A stretch of 64,000 nt of DNA from Candidatus Babelota bacterium (GCA_022707425.1 JAKJAQ010000002.1:29868-93867), one strand, 5' to 3'. Numbered from the stretch's first letter, positions 19,360-29,615 are shown. Translations and numbers: made by a program. Notes: a model not told the origin generated them from the letters alone.

Positions 19360-21765
19360 GTGATTCTATTTATTATTTTATTTTCTTTAATGAGCACACT
19401 CAACGCAGAATCTGTCACGTATGAAGAAGCTGGAGTTAATATTACTGCGGGAAATCAGCTTATTAAAAATATCGCACCGGCAGTTCGCGCTACCGCGCGC
19501 GCGGGCACACAAGCACATCTTGGCGATTTCGCCGCTTTTTTTGATTTAAAAGAAACTGCTTATGAGGATCCACTGATTGTAAGCACTACTGATGGTGTTG
19601 GCACCAAATTAAAAATCGCACAACAAGTAAACAATCACGAATCAATTGGTTTTGATTTGGTTGCCATGAACGTGAATGATTTGATTGTTCATGGAGCAGA
19701 ACCTGTTTTTTTTCTTGATTATTTTGCGTGCGGAAAATTAGATGTTTCTCAAGCAACCGATGTTATCACTTCGATTGCGCGCGCATGCAAAGCGTGCAAT
19801 TGCGCGCTCATTGGCGGCGAAACTGCTGAAATGCCCAGCATGTATGATAATGATGAATATGATCTTGCTGGATTTGCAGTCGGACTCGTTGAACGAGCAA
19901 ATCGGTTACCAAAAAAAGATGAAATTAAAGCTGGCGATGTGGTTATCGGCATTGCTTCATCAGGATTACATTCAAATGGCTATTCATTGGTGCGTTATCT
20001 CATTGAAAAAAACAATGTTAATCTTTGCGCACAACCACCATTTGAATCATCGTACGATCATTTATACCAAGAATTATTACGACCGACAAAATTGTACATT
20101 AATTGTTTACTTCCATTAATTAAAGAACAAAAAATAAAAGCACTCGCGCACATTACCGGCGGCGGATTGCTTGAAAACATCCCGCGCGTTTTACCTGACG
20201 ATTGCTCCGTACAATTGGATATGAGCTGTTGGGAAATTAAACCAATTTTTTCATGGATTGCACGTTTAGGATCGATTCAAGAAAATGAAATGTTACGTAC
20301 GTTTAATTGTGGTATTGGCATGATGATTATTGCTGAGTATGAACATGCTGATGAAATTCTCAACCATCTGAAAACATATAACGAACAAGCTTGGATCATT
20401 GGAAGCGTCAAAAAAAGAAATGCACAACAGGCACAAGTAGTACTTGCGAATGCACATGAATTGTACCGCGAACATAACAACATGAACATTATGGTAATTG
20501 GCAGTGGTGCACGTGAACATGCAATCATTCACAAACTATTGCAGTCACCGTATATTAAAACAGTTTTTGCAGTTCCTGGAAATGGCGGCACTGCTATGCT
20601 TAATCAGGTAAAAAATGTTCCGCTTACACCTACTGATTTTGAACAATTAATCGCCTATGCACAACAACATAAAATCGATCTCACAATAGTTGGACCTGAA
20701 ACACCACTTGCGTTAGGAATCGTTGATGCATTCAACCGCGCAGGATTGAACTGTTTAGGACCAACAGCGCAAGCAGCGCAGATTGAATCGTCAAAAATAT
20801 TTGCAAAAGATTTTATGACGCGACACGCAATACCTACTGCGCATTATGCAATTTGCACTAACATTGAACAAGCTGAAAGTTACCTTGCACAACAAAACAA
20901 ATTTCCAATCGTGATAAAAGCCGATGGTTTAGCGCAAGGTAAAGGGGTCATTATTACTTTTACGCAGGAAGAAGCACTCCAAGCAGCACACGAAATGTTA
21001 AGCGGCAATGCCTTTGGCAATGCAGGAAAAAAAATTGTGATTGAAGAATTTTTGGAAGGACAAGAAGTAAGTTTTATCGTGCTTTCTGATGGAACACACT
21101 GCATCCCACTTGCAAGCGCACAAGATTACAAACGCAGAAATAATTATAATATGGGTCCCAATACGGGCGGCATGGGAGCGCATTCACCCGCACCAATTGT
21201 AACTCCTGCATTGCATGAACGCATCATGAATGAAATTATTCGTCCAACTTTGCAAGGAATGGCACACGAAGGAAAACCGTTTGTTGGTTTTTTATATGCA
21301 GGATTGATGATAACACCAGCAGGTGATCCGTATGTATTGGAATTTAATTGTCGATTAGGTGACCCTGAAACACAAGTTATTTTAGCGCGTATGCAAACCG
21401 ATTTGGCTACACTCAGCTTGGCAACGTTGCAAAAACGATTAGGAGAAATGAGCATTCACTGGAATGAGCAAAAAGCAATTAACGTTGTTGTTGCAGATGG
21501 CGATTATCCGTACACAACACAGTTGGGTCAACCGATTATTATTAATGCGCAACTTGTTTCTCCATGCACACATATTTTTCATGCGGGTACAAAACTTAAC
21601 AATCAACAATTAGAAACTGCAGGTGGAAGAATTTTATCAATAACTGCACTTGGAAATTCATTCAAACAAGCTCAAGAGAGAGCCTATAAACAGCTGCAAG
21701 CAATTGCAATTAATCATATGCATTACCGAACTGATATAGGCTCTCATGTTTCAATTAATGAGTGA
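19360..21765 (+). CDS. purM-purD: fused AIR synthetase (N-terminal) and GAR synthetase (C-terminal)
   Basis: One 801-aa ORF with no stop at the junction near nt 20482. The PurM part has YEEAGVNITAGN and DGVGTK. The PurD part starts MNIMVIGSGAREHAI and continues PGNGGTA. Start is either the GTG at 19360 (SD GAGAGG) or the ATG at 19390. Confidence 0.9.
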   Translation: MILFIILFSLMSTLNAESVTYEEAGVNITAGNQLIKNIAPAVRATARAGTQAHLGDFAAFFDLKETAYEDPLIVSTTDGVGTKLKIAQQVNNHESIGFDLVAMNVNDLIVHGAEPVFFLDYFACGKLDVSQATDVITSIARACKACNCALIGGETAEMPSMYDNDEYDLAGFAVGLVERANRLPKKDEIKAGDVVIGIASSGLHSNGYSLVRYLIEKNNVNLCAQPPFESSYDHLYQELLRPTKLYINCLLPLIKEQKIKALAHITGGGLLENIPRVLPDDCSVQLDMSCWEIKPIFSWIARLGSIQENEMLRTFNCGIGMMIIAEYEHADEILNHLKTYNEQAWIIGSVKKRNAQQAQVVLANAHELYREHNNMNIMVIGSGAREHAIIHKLLQSPYIKTVFAVPGNGGTAMLNQVKNVPLTPTDFEQLIAYAQQHKIDLTIVGPETPLALGIVDAFNRAGLNCLGPTAQAAQIESSKIFAKDFMTRHAIPTAHYAICTNIEQAESYLAQQNKFPIVIKADGLAQGKGVIITFTQEEALQAAHEMLSGNAFGNAGKKIVIEEFLEGQEVSFIVLSDGTHCIPLASAQDYKRRNNYNMGPNTGGMGAHSPAPIVTPALHERIMNEIIRPTLQGMAHEGKPFVGFLYAGLMITPAGDPYVLEFNCRLGDPETQVILARMQTDLATLSLATLQKRLGEMSIHWNEQKAINVVVADGDYPYTTQLGQPIIINAQLVSPCTHIFHAGTKLNNQQLETAGGRILSITALGNSFKQAQERAYKQLQAIAINHMHYRTDIGSHVSINE

Positions 21766-23641
21766 ATAAACGTGTATTGGTGTGTAACATCACCATATTG
21801 TTTTTATCACACGCTTCAATAATTTGTTGATCACGAACACTGCCACCTGGTTGTGCAATATAGCGCGCACCAAATTGTGCTGCCTTTTCAACATTATCTT
21901 CAAACGGGAAAAAGCCATCTGAAGAAACTGCAATGTTGCTCAGGTGTGCATAGGTTTTCAAAAATTCATTTTTTTCATTTTCAGTTAATGGTAAAACATG
22001 TAAAGGCGCAAACTGCGATCCTTTGACTAAAAGATGGTCAATATTTGTTCCATTAATAAAGTCGTTAATTGCATTGTTTCGATCTGGACGTTTGAGCGTT
22101 GCGTTAAAACATAATTGTTGGACTTTTGGATGATGACGCAAAATAAATTGCGCAGCCTTTTTTCCTGCAAGTTCCACACAATCAACTCTATTTTGCTGCC
22201 CTGCGCCAACACCGATTACTTGTAATGGTGTAGCATAGACCACAGAATTAGATTGCGTATATTTGGCGGCAATGCTCGCGAGTAATAATGCTTGTTTGGC
22301 TTCTTTTGGTAGGTATCGGTTTTTGGTAGTAACAACGTTTTTTTCACTTACTAAATCATGCGTGAGTTCACCTGAATTTGGTTGTTGTGTGAGTGCAACG
22401 CCAAATAGTTCACGAATTTCAAGATTATTATTGTTGCAATATGCTGGATCGACCTCAATAATTGAATAATTCCCTTCTTTTTTTGATTTGAGAATTTCTA
22501 ACGCTTCTGGTTCATAACCTGGCGCGATTATGCCATCACTCACTTCACGTTTGATCAATTGCGCAGTTTCCTGATCAACTTTATGACTGCATGCAATAAA
22601 ATCACCGAAAGAAGATTTTGGGTCTCCGTTGCGTGCTCGCAAAAAAGCGGTTGCTACAGCGGTCACTTCTCCGTCACTTTTCACATCGTATGCCGCCATT
22701 TCAGGATATGAAAGTGATGGCTCACCAATTCCAACACCAGCAGGTGATACGTGTTTATACGACGCGCAACACACAGTATTAAGATTTTCGCGTACTTCTT
22801 TTACTAACTGCCAACCAGTGATTGCATCAAGTAAATTAACATACCCAGGATTACCATTGAGAATCTTGAATGGATTGGTGCCACCATTAATTGCGTATAA
22901 TCCCGCATTTTTTTGATATGGGTTAAGACCATATTTTAAATTTTGTCCCAGATTATATTCTCTATAAAGAGTTTTGCCCGCTGAAAAAAAGTTTGCAATT
23001 GCAGCGTCGTAACGAGCGGTATGCTTAAAAGCTTTTAATGCAAAAAGTTGTTTTTGTTTTAAATCAAAAGATTCATTTTTTTCGAGAATTTGTTGGAATT
23101 TTTCATAATCTGCAGGATCTGAAATTACGATCACGTGTTGAAAATTTTTTGCAGCTGCCCGCAGTAATGTGACACCGCCAATATCAATATTCTCAACTGC
23201 GATATCCATCGATGCATTTTCTTTTTTTATTGCTTCCTCAAATGGATATAAATTGACAACCACAACATCGATCGCCGGAATGTCAAGTTGATCTAATTCT
23301 TGTTGATGTGTCGGCAAATTGCGATTAGCAAGAATTGCACCATGAATTTTTGGATGCAATGTTTTAACGCGCCCATCTAAAATTTCTGGAAATCCGGTTA
23401 AATCAGAAATTTTCAACAATTTTCGTTTTTCCCATTGAGATAAATTTTCTTCTAGAGAGCTGTAGGTACCTCCGGTAGAAATTATCGTATAGTTATTTTT
23501 AATGAGAGATTGAGCCAAAGGTAAAATGCCGTTCTTTTGAGAAACACTCAGTAATGCATATTTTTCTCTTTGCGTCTCTGATTCCATACAAAAACCATTG
23601 AGAGAAAAAAAAGAAATTAATAGCAGAAGTCTTTTCTTCAT
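21755..23641 (-). CDS. purH: bifunctional AICAR transformylase / IMP cyclohydrolase (ATIC-like long form) with signal-like leader
   Basis: AGGAG lies 6 nt upstream of the ATG at 23641. Leader MKKRLLLLISFFSLNGFC is followed by MESE. The MGS domain has ALLSVSQKNG and GRVKTLHP. The AICARFT domain has KHVSPAG, YTQSNSV, GAGQQNRV and FFPF. Confidence 0.9.
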   Translation of the reverse strand: MKKRLLLLISFFSLNGFCMESETQREKYALLSVSQKNGILPLAQSLIKNNYTIISTGGTYSSLEENLSQWEKRKLLKISDLTGFPEILDGRVKTLHPKIHGAILANRNLPTHQQELDQLDIPAIDVVVVNLYPFEEAIKKENASMDIAVENIDIGGVTLLRAAAKNFQHVIVISDPADYEKFQQILEKNESFDLKQKQLFALKAFKHTARYDAAIANFFSAGKTLYREYNLGQNLKYGLNPYQKNAGLYAINGGTNPFKILNGNPGYVNLLDAITGWQLVKEVRENLNTVCCASYKHVSPAGVGIGEPSLSYPEMAAYDVKSDGEVTAVATAFLRARNGDPKSSFGDFIACSHKVDQETAQLIKREVSDGIIAPGYEPEALEILKSKKEGNYSIIEVDPAYCNNNNLEIRELFGVALTQQPNSGELTHDLVSEKNVVTTKNRYLPKEAKQALLLASIAAKYTQSNSVVYATPLQVIGVGAGQQNRVDCVELAGKKAAQFILRHHPKVQQLCFNATLKRPDRNNAINDFINGTNIDHLLVKGSQFAPLHVLPLTENEKNEFLKTYAHLSNIAVSSDGFFPFEDNVEKAAQFGARYIAQPGGSVRDQQIIEACDKNNMVMLHTNTRLFTH

Positions 23642-23678
23642 ATCTGCTCCTTTATTGTGGTTAAAAAAAAATTAAATA

Positions 23679-24632
23679 TTACGCGCGTTTTACTAATTGT
23701 GTCATCCATTGTGGGAAAAAACCTGAAAATATTTTTTTATTTTCAGTCGAAGTGTTAAATAGTTCATCTTGATAAAAAAGAAATAACCCAACCATAACGG
23801 CAATTCCCGAAACGTAATAATGCCACGTAATGAGTTCATTAAAAAATAACCAACCATACACGGCAGTAAAAAGTGGACTTAAAAAATCGGTAAATGAAAG
23901 AAATGTCGCCGAATAGTGTTTGAGTAAATGAATGTAAAAATTATGGCACATAATATTACTCACGATAATTAGAATCGCCAACCACCAGCAAAACGTCACT
24001 GGTGATTGCACGATCAATGACCCTTCAACCATAAAAGCGGTAACCAGTGCAAGCAAACCACCACCAAACATGCGAATTCCATTGGTCATGCCCGCAGAAT
24101 AATTATTATCGCGCACTAATTTTCTCATCACAATAATACTGTAAGTGTGACTCGCAACGGCAAATAAAATTGCACACTCGGGCCACGAAAGAACCAATAA
24201 TTCTCCCATCAGTTTTTCTGCTGGTGAAGAAAGTAACAGCAAGGGAACAATGCCAAGAAAACCAAGAATCAATCCGCCCCATTGTTTTTTTGATAAGAGT
24301 TCATTAAATGCAAAATACGAAAATAATGCGGCAAAAAAAGGAGAGATATTAAGTAAAAATGACATTTTGGCAGCAGACATGTGCATCAACCCCCAATTGC
24401 GCAACACATATTTTAAATAGACGCCAAAAAAAATAATTTGCACATAATACCACCAATGTTTTTTATCTAAAGTAAAATGAGTTTTTTGAATGCGATTATA
24501 TGCAAGCAAGATCACTCCTGCCAAACTCATGCGGATCCCCGTAAGCCAAATAGGGCTAACCATTGAAAGCAAAAATTTACTCATCGGAATAGATGAACCA
24601 AATAATGCATGCAACAAAATAATTTGTAACAC
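23679..24632 (-). CDS. DMT superfamily (EamA-like) transporter
   Basis: 317 aa with about 10 TM segments in two EamA-like halves. It lies between purQ and purH on the same strand, with a 37-nt gap to purH. Confidence 0.75.
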   Translation of the reverse strand: MLQIILLHALFGSSIPMSKFLLSMVSPIWLTGIRMSLAGVILLAYNRIQKTHFTLDKKHWWYYVQIIFFGVYLKYVLRNWGLMHMSAAKMSFLLNISPFFAALFSYFAFNELLSKKQWGGLILGFLGIVPLLLLSSPAEKLMGELLVLSWPECAILFAVASHTYSIIVMRKLVRDNNYSAGMTNGIRMFGGGLLALVTAFMVEGSLIVQSPVTFCWWLAILIIVSNIMCHNFYIHLLKHYSATFLSFTDFLSPLFTAVYGWLFFNELITWHYYVSGIAVMVGLFLFYQDELFNTSTENKKIFSGFFPQWMTQLVKRA

Positions 24633-24651
24633 GTTTCTCCTTTTTTACTCG

Positions 24652-25410
24652 TTAGCTCATATATGAAATTGCATTTGAAAAAATGGTAATGCCTGCTGGT
24701 TCTTGTTCTTGAAATGGCGATTGATACTCATAAATAAATCGTTCCGGATGTGGCATAAGACCAAATATGCGACCAGTTGAATCACATACTCCCGCAATTG
24801 CATGTAATGAACCATTTGGATTATCGGGATAGTGATCGGTTGCAACACCTTCCGGGCTTGCATACCGTGCAACTACTAACTGATCGCTTTCGAGTTGATC
24901 CATAACTGATTGCGTGGCAAAAAATTTTCCTTCGCCGTGTGCGACGGGAATTTTAATTTGTTTTCCCACAAGTCCACGCATAAAAATACATTCGCTTGGT
25001 TCAATAATAAGTGAAATCCAACGACATTCAAATTTTCCCGAATTGTTATGCAGCAATGTTGCATGCTGTTCTTTCTTTTGTGGATACGGCAAGAGACCTG
25101 CGCGAACTAACACTTGAAATCCGTTACAAATACCAATAATTAATTTTGACTGCGCAATAAAATCATGCAGTTGATCAGACAAAAAGTTCATGAGTTCGAG
25201 TGCAAATAGTTTACCGCTTGCGATATCATCGCCATACGAAAAACCGCCGGGAATAACTAATATTTCAAATGAACTGAGTTTTTTTTCACCCGAGCGCAAT
25301 TGATTAAGTAACACTATTTGTGCATCTGCTCCTACTTTTTCAAATGAATGAACCGTTTCATTATCACAATTAGTTCCATCAGTTTTTAAAATGCACACAC
25401 GTGGCTTCAT
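24652..25410 (-). CDS. purQ: FGAM synthase glutaminase subunit
   Basis: MKPRVCILKTDGTNCD, nucleophile region GICNGFQ, and HPER near the C-terminus. The ATG at 25410 overlaps the purL TGA (ATGA), so the longer ORF start at 25443 is rejected. Confidence 0.9.
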   Translation of the reverse strand: MKPRVCILKTDGTNCDNETVHSFEKVGADAQIVLLNQLRSGEKKLSSFEILVIPGGFSYGDDIASGKLFALELMNFLSDQLHDFIAQSKLIIGICNGFQVLVRAGLLPYPQKKEQHATLLHNNSGKFECRWISLIIEPSECIFMRGLVGKQIKIPVAHGEGKFFATQSVMDQLESDQLVVARYASPEGVATDHYPDNPNGSLHAIAGVCDSTGRIFGLMPHPERFIYEYQSPFQEQEPAGITIFSNAISYMS

Positions 25411-28253
25411 ACACAAAAAACCTCCTTCATTGGTTTTTGCCATGCATCAAATAATTCTTGTATTTCAACATCAAAAAGCAGCGCGTCATTTCGTTGAACC
25501 ACTATTCTTTTCTCCGCTTGCGTTCGACCAAGTACTTTGTGATCGATCGTGTTAAAAAAATTATTTTTGTAATTTTCTTGTGTTACTTCAATAATAAAAC
25601 ATCCTGCTGTTTCGTTAAAAAGCAACCAATCGGAACGTGCACCAGCAATTGCACCAATATCAATCACCGCACCTCGCTGACCGCCAAAACACATTTCTGC
25701 TAACGTAACTGCAATACCACCCTCACTTACATCGTGGCACGCAAGAATTTTTTGTTGTTGGCATAACGCATACAGTTGTTCAAATAATTGTTTCTTTTGT
25801 CGCAAATCAATAGTGGGAACTCGATCAGTGTTAATCTTGAGAATTTGTTCGTACACAGATCCACCCATTGCTTCAACATCCAAATTACCAATGAGCAAAA
25901 GTAATGAATCATTTTTTTTCAATTGTGTTGTCATTCGTTTTGAAACATCAGGAATTTTACCAAAAACAGAAATACACAATACTGGTGGGATTTCCAAAAT
26001 TTCGCCATGTGGATAGTTATAGGTGCTTGAAAGACTGTCTTTGCCTGAAATAAATGGCAATCCAAACGCGTTCATCGCGTCAATGCACGCTTGCATTGAG
26101 CGATCGAGCGCCCATAATTTTTCAGGGGTCGGTTTTGGCCAAATAAAATTATCGATCAACGCCGCATCATGTACATTTCCACCAACGGCAACTAAATTTG
26201 CAAGCGCTTCAGTAATGGCCCATACACTTCCAGCATAAGGATCAATGGTATTAAGAATTGGATTTAATCCATGACTAATTATTAATCCATACGGCTTTCC
26301 ATACAACGGTACTAAAAGCGCTGCATTTTGCGGTGCTGACTGATTGTTACCGCTATACGGTGGTAAAGCATTCATCGCTTGCACTGAGTGATCATACTGA
26401 CGAGCGATTGGTTCTTTTGAACAAATATTTCCATGCTGCAAAATTGCACAAAAAATTGATCGCCATTCATCAAGGGTTGCTGGTGCATTATATATTTGTT
26501 GTTCTCTTATTTTTTGTACGGGCGAACGCGCAGCAAGTGGCAATAACGGTTGTTCTTCAAACAAAAAATGTGTTTCTAGATCAACCACGCATTCATTTTC
26601 ATGCATCACCGTAATTCGTTTATTGTTAGTAAAGTAGCCAATATCGGCTGCAAGAACATTATAAAGTTGGCAAATCTCGTTAAACGTTTGAACATGTTCA
26701 GGCGCAATTGCACAAATCATTCGTTCTTGTGATTCCGATATCCAAATTTCCCACGGCGAAAGACCCAGATATTTAAGCGGCACTTTTTCTAATTGAACGA
26801 GTACGCCCAAATCAGCGCCCATTTCACCAATCGCTGATGAAAAGCCACCCGCACCACAATCGGTGATTGCTTGAATTACATCTGCATTTCTTGCAGCAAG
26901 TAATGCATCTGCCATTCGTTTTTGTTCGATTGCATTTCCAATTTGCACGGCAGTTGCGTTAACACTGATCGTTTCATGCGTCATCGCGTCACTTGAAAAG
27001 GTGGCACCGTGAATGCCATCTCTTCCCGTTTTGCCCCCAAGAACAAAAATACGATCATACTCTCGCGGTTTACCTTTTTTACATTGTGCTTCGGGGATTA
27101 AACCATAGGCACCCACAATCACCGTTGGCTTTGCACGAAAATCAGGATGAAAATGAAACGAACCATTATTAGTAGGAATGCCCATTCGGTTACCATAATC
27201 ACGCACACCCGCAACAACATTTCTCATTAAATAGTCAGGGTGCAAACAACCAAGTGGTATTTCGCTCTGTTTCATGGTTGGTTGAGCAAAACAAAAAATA
27301 TCGGTTGATGCAATTACTTGTGCACCAAGTCCAGTGCCCATGATATCGCGAAAAACACCGCCGCTGCCGGTTGCAGCGCCACCATATGGTTCGATTGCGC
27401 TGGGACTATTATGAGTTTCAACTTTTCCCGCAATTGCCCAGCCATCGTAGAAACTAAACACGCCGCCATTATCTACAAATGCTGATAATACGTTTTTTTG
27501 GTAGTTGAGTGCTGTATTTTTAAGACGTGAAAATAATGAAGATTTTTTTTGTCCATCAACAATGATCGGTGACCGAAATGTTTTGTGACTACAATGTTCA
27601 GACCATGTTTGTGCGATCGTTTCTAATTCTGCATCACGCGGGTCGCGCAGTTGTTTTTTGAAATAATCACGAATTACTGTTAATTCAGAATCATTTAAAT
27701 ACAGCTGATTGTTGCGCGCATATTCTTTAAGTTCAACATCGCTCATTGTACTTACTGCAATTGTTGCGCTTGCGGTCGGGGTACCTTCAATCATCAGATT
27801 GAGCGGCTTTTCAATTACTAATTGATTCACCGTTTTATTAATAAGTAATTTATCAAGCACAAGTGACAATTCTTGTTGATCGAAATCACCAAAAAAGTAA
27901 TATTCTCGACTGACATCAACAGCTCGTATCGCATTAATCCCAAACGTATGAACTGTTTTGAATAACGATTCAACTTCCGGATTCATCACACCCGGTTTAT
28001 TGCCAATTTCAATAACTTTTTGTGCATTCAATGCTAATGATTGATTATTAATTGAGACTTCATCAAGCGGATCAACAAGAATTTTTGCTGCAATATAGGT
28101 TGCCGTTGATTCATCAATTCCTTGGAAACGATAAATTTTTGCCGTACGAATTGCATTAATTGAATGTATACCAAGTGTACGTTTAATTTCAGACAATAAT
28201 GCGTTGGCATGAATATCAGTTGATTTCGTTGCAACTCGTATTTCTTGAATCAT
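25407..28253 (-). CDS. purL: FGAM synthase synthetase subunit with N-terminal PurS-like / lgPurL N-domain
   Basis: About 948 aa. Motifs are TWSEHCSHKTF, ETHNHPSAIEPYGGAATG-like (VETHNSPSAIEPYGGAATGSGG) and DCGAGG. The extra N-terminal ~170 aa resemble PurS or the large-PurL N-domain. SD GAAGGAG lies 7 nt upstream of the ATG; a GTG one codon further upstream is also possible. Confidence 0.9.
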   Translation of the reverse strand: MIQEIRVATKSTDIHANALLSEIKRTLGIHSINAIRTAKIYRFQGIDESTATYIAAKILVDPLDEVSINNQSLALNAQKVIEIGNKPGVMNPEVESLFKTVHTFGINAIRAVDVSREYYFFGDFDQQELSLVLDKLLINKTVNQLVIEKPLNLMIEGTPTASATIAVSTMSDVELKEYARNNQLYLNDSELTVIRDYFKKQLRDPRDAELETIAQTWSEHCSHKTFRSPIIVDGQKKSSLFSRLKNTALNYQKNVLSAFVDNGGVFSFYDGWAIAGKVETHNSPSAIEPYGGAATGSGGVFRDIMGTGLGAQVIASTDIFCFAQPTMKQSEIPLGCLHPDYLMRNVVAGVRDYGNRMGIPTNNGSFHFHPDFRAKPTVIVGAYGLIPEAQCKKGKPREYDRIFVLGGKTGRDGIHGATFSSDAMTHETISVNATAVQIGNAIEQKRMADALLAARNADVIQAITDCGAGGFSSAIGEMGADLGVLVQLEKVPLKYLGLSPWEIWISESQERMICAIAPEHVQTFNEICQLYNVLAADIGYFTNNKRITVMHENECVVDLETHFLFEEQPLLPLAARSPVQKIREQQIYNAPATLDEWRSIFCAILQHGNICSKEPIARQYDHSVQAMNALPPYSGNNQSAPQNAALLVPLYGKPYGLIISHGLNPILNTIDPYAGSVWAITEALANLVAVGGNVHDAALIDNFIWPKPTPEKLWALDRSMQACIDAMNAFGLPFISGKDSLSSTYNYPHGEILEIPPVLCISVFGKIPDVSKRMTTQLKKNDSLLLLIGNLDVEAMGGSVYEQILKINTDRVPTIDLRQKKQLFEQLYALCQQQKILACHDVSEGGIAVTLAEMCFGGQRGAVIDIGAIAGARSDWLLFNETAGCFIIEVTQENYKNNFFNTIDHKVLGRTQAEKRIVVQRNDALLFDVEIQELFDAWQKPMKEVFCV

Positions 28254-28271
28254 CACTCTGCTCCTTCAATT

Positions 28272-28305
28272 TTGACAAAGATCAGAAATGTATTAAGATT
28301 TCTGA
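28272..28305 (+). promoter_or_regulatory. candidate purT promoter (TTGACA-16-TAAGAT) overlapped by an 8-bp inverted repeat
   Basis: TTGACA at 28272..28277 and TAAGAT at 28294..28299. The inverted repeat TCAGAAAT-N8-ATTTCTGA spans 28282..28305. A possible divergent -10 (TAATAC on the minus strand) lies in the repeat spacer. Confidence 0.35.
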
Positions 28306-28366
28306 CTTCAAAGCCAAGGTTACTCAAAAAAATAAAGAGATCAATAAACTTTGAAAGGAGAATATA

Positions 28367-29602
28367 GTGAAGTTACTGTTCATAAGTTGTATTTTCTCAT
28401 TTTGTTTATCACTGAATGCAAACGTATCAATTGGTTCGCCTCTCACGCCATCAGCAACGAAAGTATTGCTCTGCGGCGGTGGCGAATTAGGCAAAGAACT
28501 AGTTATTGAATTGCAGCGATTTGGTGTGGAAGTTATTGTTCTTGATCGATATGATAATGCACCGGCAATGCAAGTTGCACACCGCAGCCATACACTTTCA
28601 ATGCTCGATGGAAATGCATTACGCACCATTATTGAATTGGAACAACCAAACATTATTGTTCCTGAAATTGAAGCGATCGATACACAAACATTGTTAGAAC
28701 TTGAAAGCGAAGGATACACGGTCATTCCAACTGCTCGCGCTGTGCATATTACTATGAACCGTGAACGCATTCGCCAACTTGCACACGATCTTCAATTAAA
28801 AACATCAGCATTTAAATTTGCACATTCGTATGATGAATACCTATCTGCAGTCGACAAACTTGGTTTTCCTTGCGTTGTAAAACCAACGATGAGTTCTTCA
28901 GGAAAAGGCCAATCAATTATTCACAACAAACATGAAATTGATCCTGCATGGAACTTTGCACAAACTGGCGGTCGCGCGCAAACAAACAGCGTCATTGTTG
29001 AAGAATTTATTCCGTTTGATTACGAAATTACGCTGCTCACCGTGCGTGATGCGCAGGGAAACACTCATTTTTGTGAACCGATTGGCCACAAACAAATCGA
29101 CGGCGATTATCGCTCTTCATGGCAACCACAACCAATGAGCAACAATTTATTAGATCAGGCAAAGAATTATGCAAAAACAATTACTGACGCTCTGGGTGGC
29201 CGCGGCATTTTCGGCGTTGAATTATTTGTAAAGGGTGATGAAATTTATTTCAATGAAGTTTCTCCACGCCCGCATGATACCGGGATGGTTACGCTTATTT
29301 CACAAAATAGTTCTGAGTTTGGATTGCACGCACGCGCATTACTTGGTTTACCAATTGGTACCATTAAACACTATGGACCGAGCGCATCATGCGCAGTTCT
29401 TGTACACGGTAATTCAGAAAATGTTCAATTTTCAAATCTTGATACTGCACTATCTATTCCAGATTCGCAGCTGCGCTTATTTGGAAAACCAAATGTTCAT
29501 GGGCAACGCCGCATGGGTGTTGTTCTTGCACAAGGTGAAACCATCGAACAAGCGTTAGAACGAGCGCAAATAGTGGCGAGCAGATTATCAATTTCACTTT
29601 AA
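28367..29602 (+). CDS. purT: formate-dependent GAR transformylase (ATP-grasp) with signal-like leader
   Basis: AAAGGAG lies 7 nt upstream of the GTG at 28367. The ~21-aa hydrophobic extension (V)[20 protein letters not shown] precedes [23 protein letters not shown]. This segment and [16 protein letters not shown] match E. coli PurT as I recall it. Confidence 0.9.
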   Translation: MKLLFISCIFSFCLSLNANVSIGSPLTPSATKVLLCGGGELGKELVIELQRFGVEVIVLDRYDNAPAMQVAHRSHTLSMLDGNALRTIIELEQPNIIVPEIEAIDTQTLLELESEGYTVIPTARAVHITMNRERIRQLAHDLQLKTSAFKFAHSYDEYLSAVDKLGFPCVVKPTMSSSGKGQSIIHNKHEIDPAWNFAQTGGRAQTNSVIVEEFIPFDYEITLLTVRDAQGNTHFCEPIGHKQIDGDYRSSWQPQPMSNNLLDQAKNYAKTITDALGGRGIFGVELFVKGDEIYFNEVSPRPHDTGMVTLISQNSSEFGLHARALLGLPIGTIKHYGPSASCAVLVHGNSENVQFSNLDTALSIPDSQLRLFGKPNVHGQRRMGVVLAQGETIEQALERAQIVASRLSISL

Positions 29603-29615
29603 AAAAGGGAAAAAT

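Noticed and set aside
20482-20490. Possibility that purM and purD are separate genes, given the internal ATG AAC ATT ATG at the junction
   Set aside because: There is no stop codon in the purM frame before the PurD part, so the sequence as given encodes a fusion. A sequencing error cannot be excluded without reads.
28324-28770. 148-aa ORF antisense to the 5' part of purT
   Set aside because: It lies entirely within the strongly supported purT gene and the purL-purT promoter region. It has no SD site and a low-complexity Ser/Ile/Cys-rich translation. It is a typical shadow ORF.
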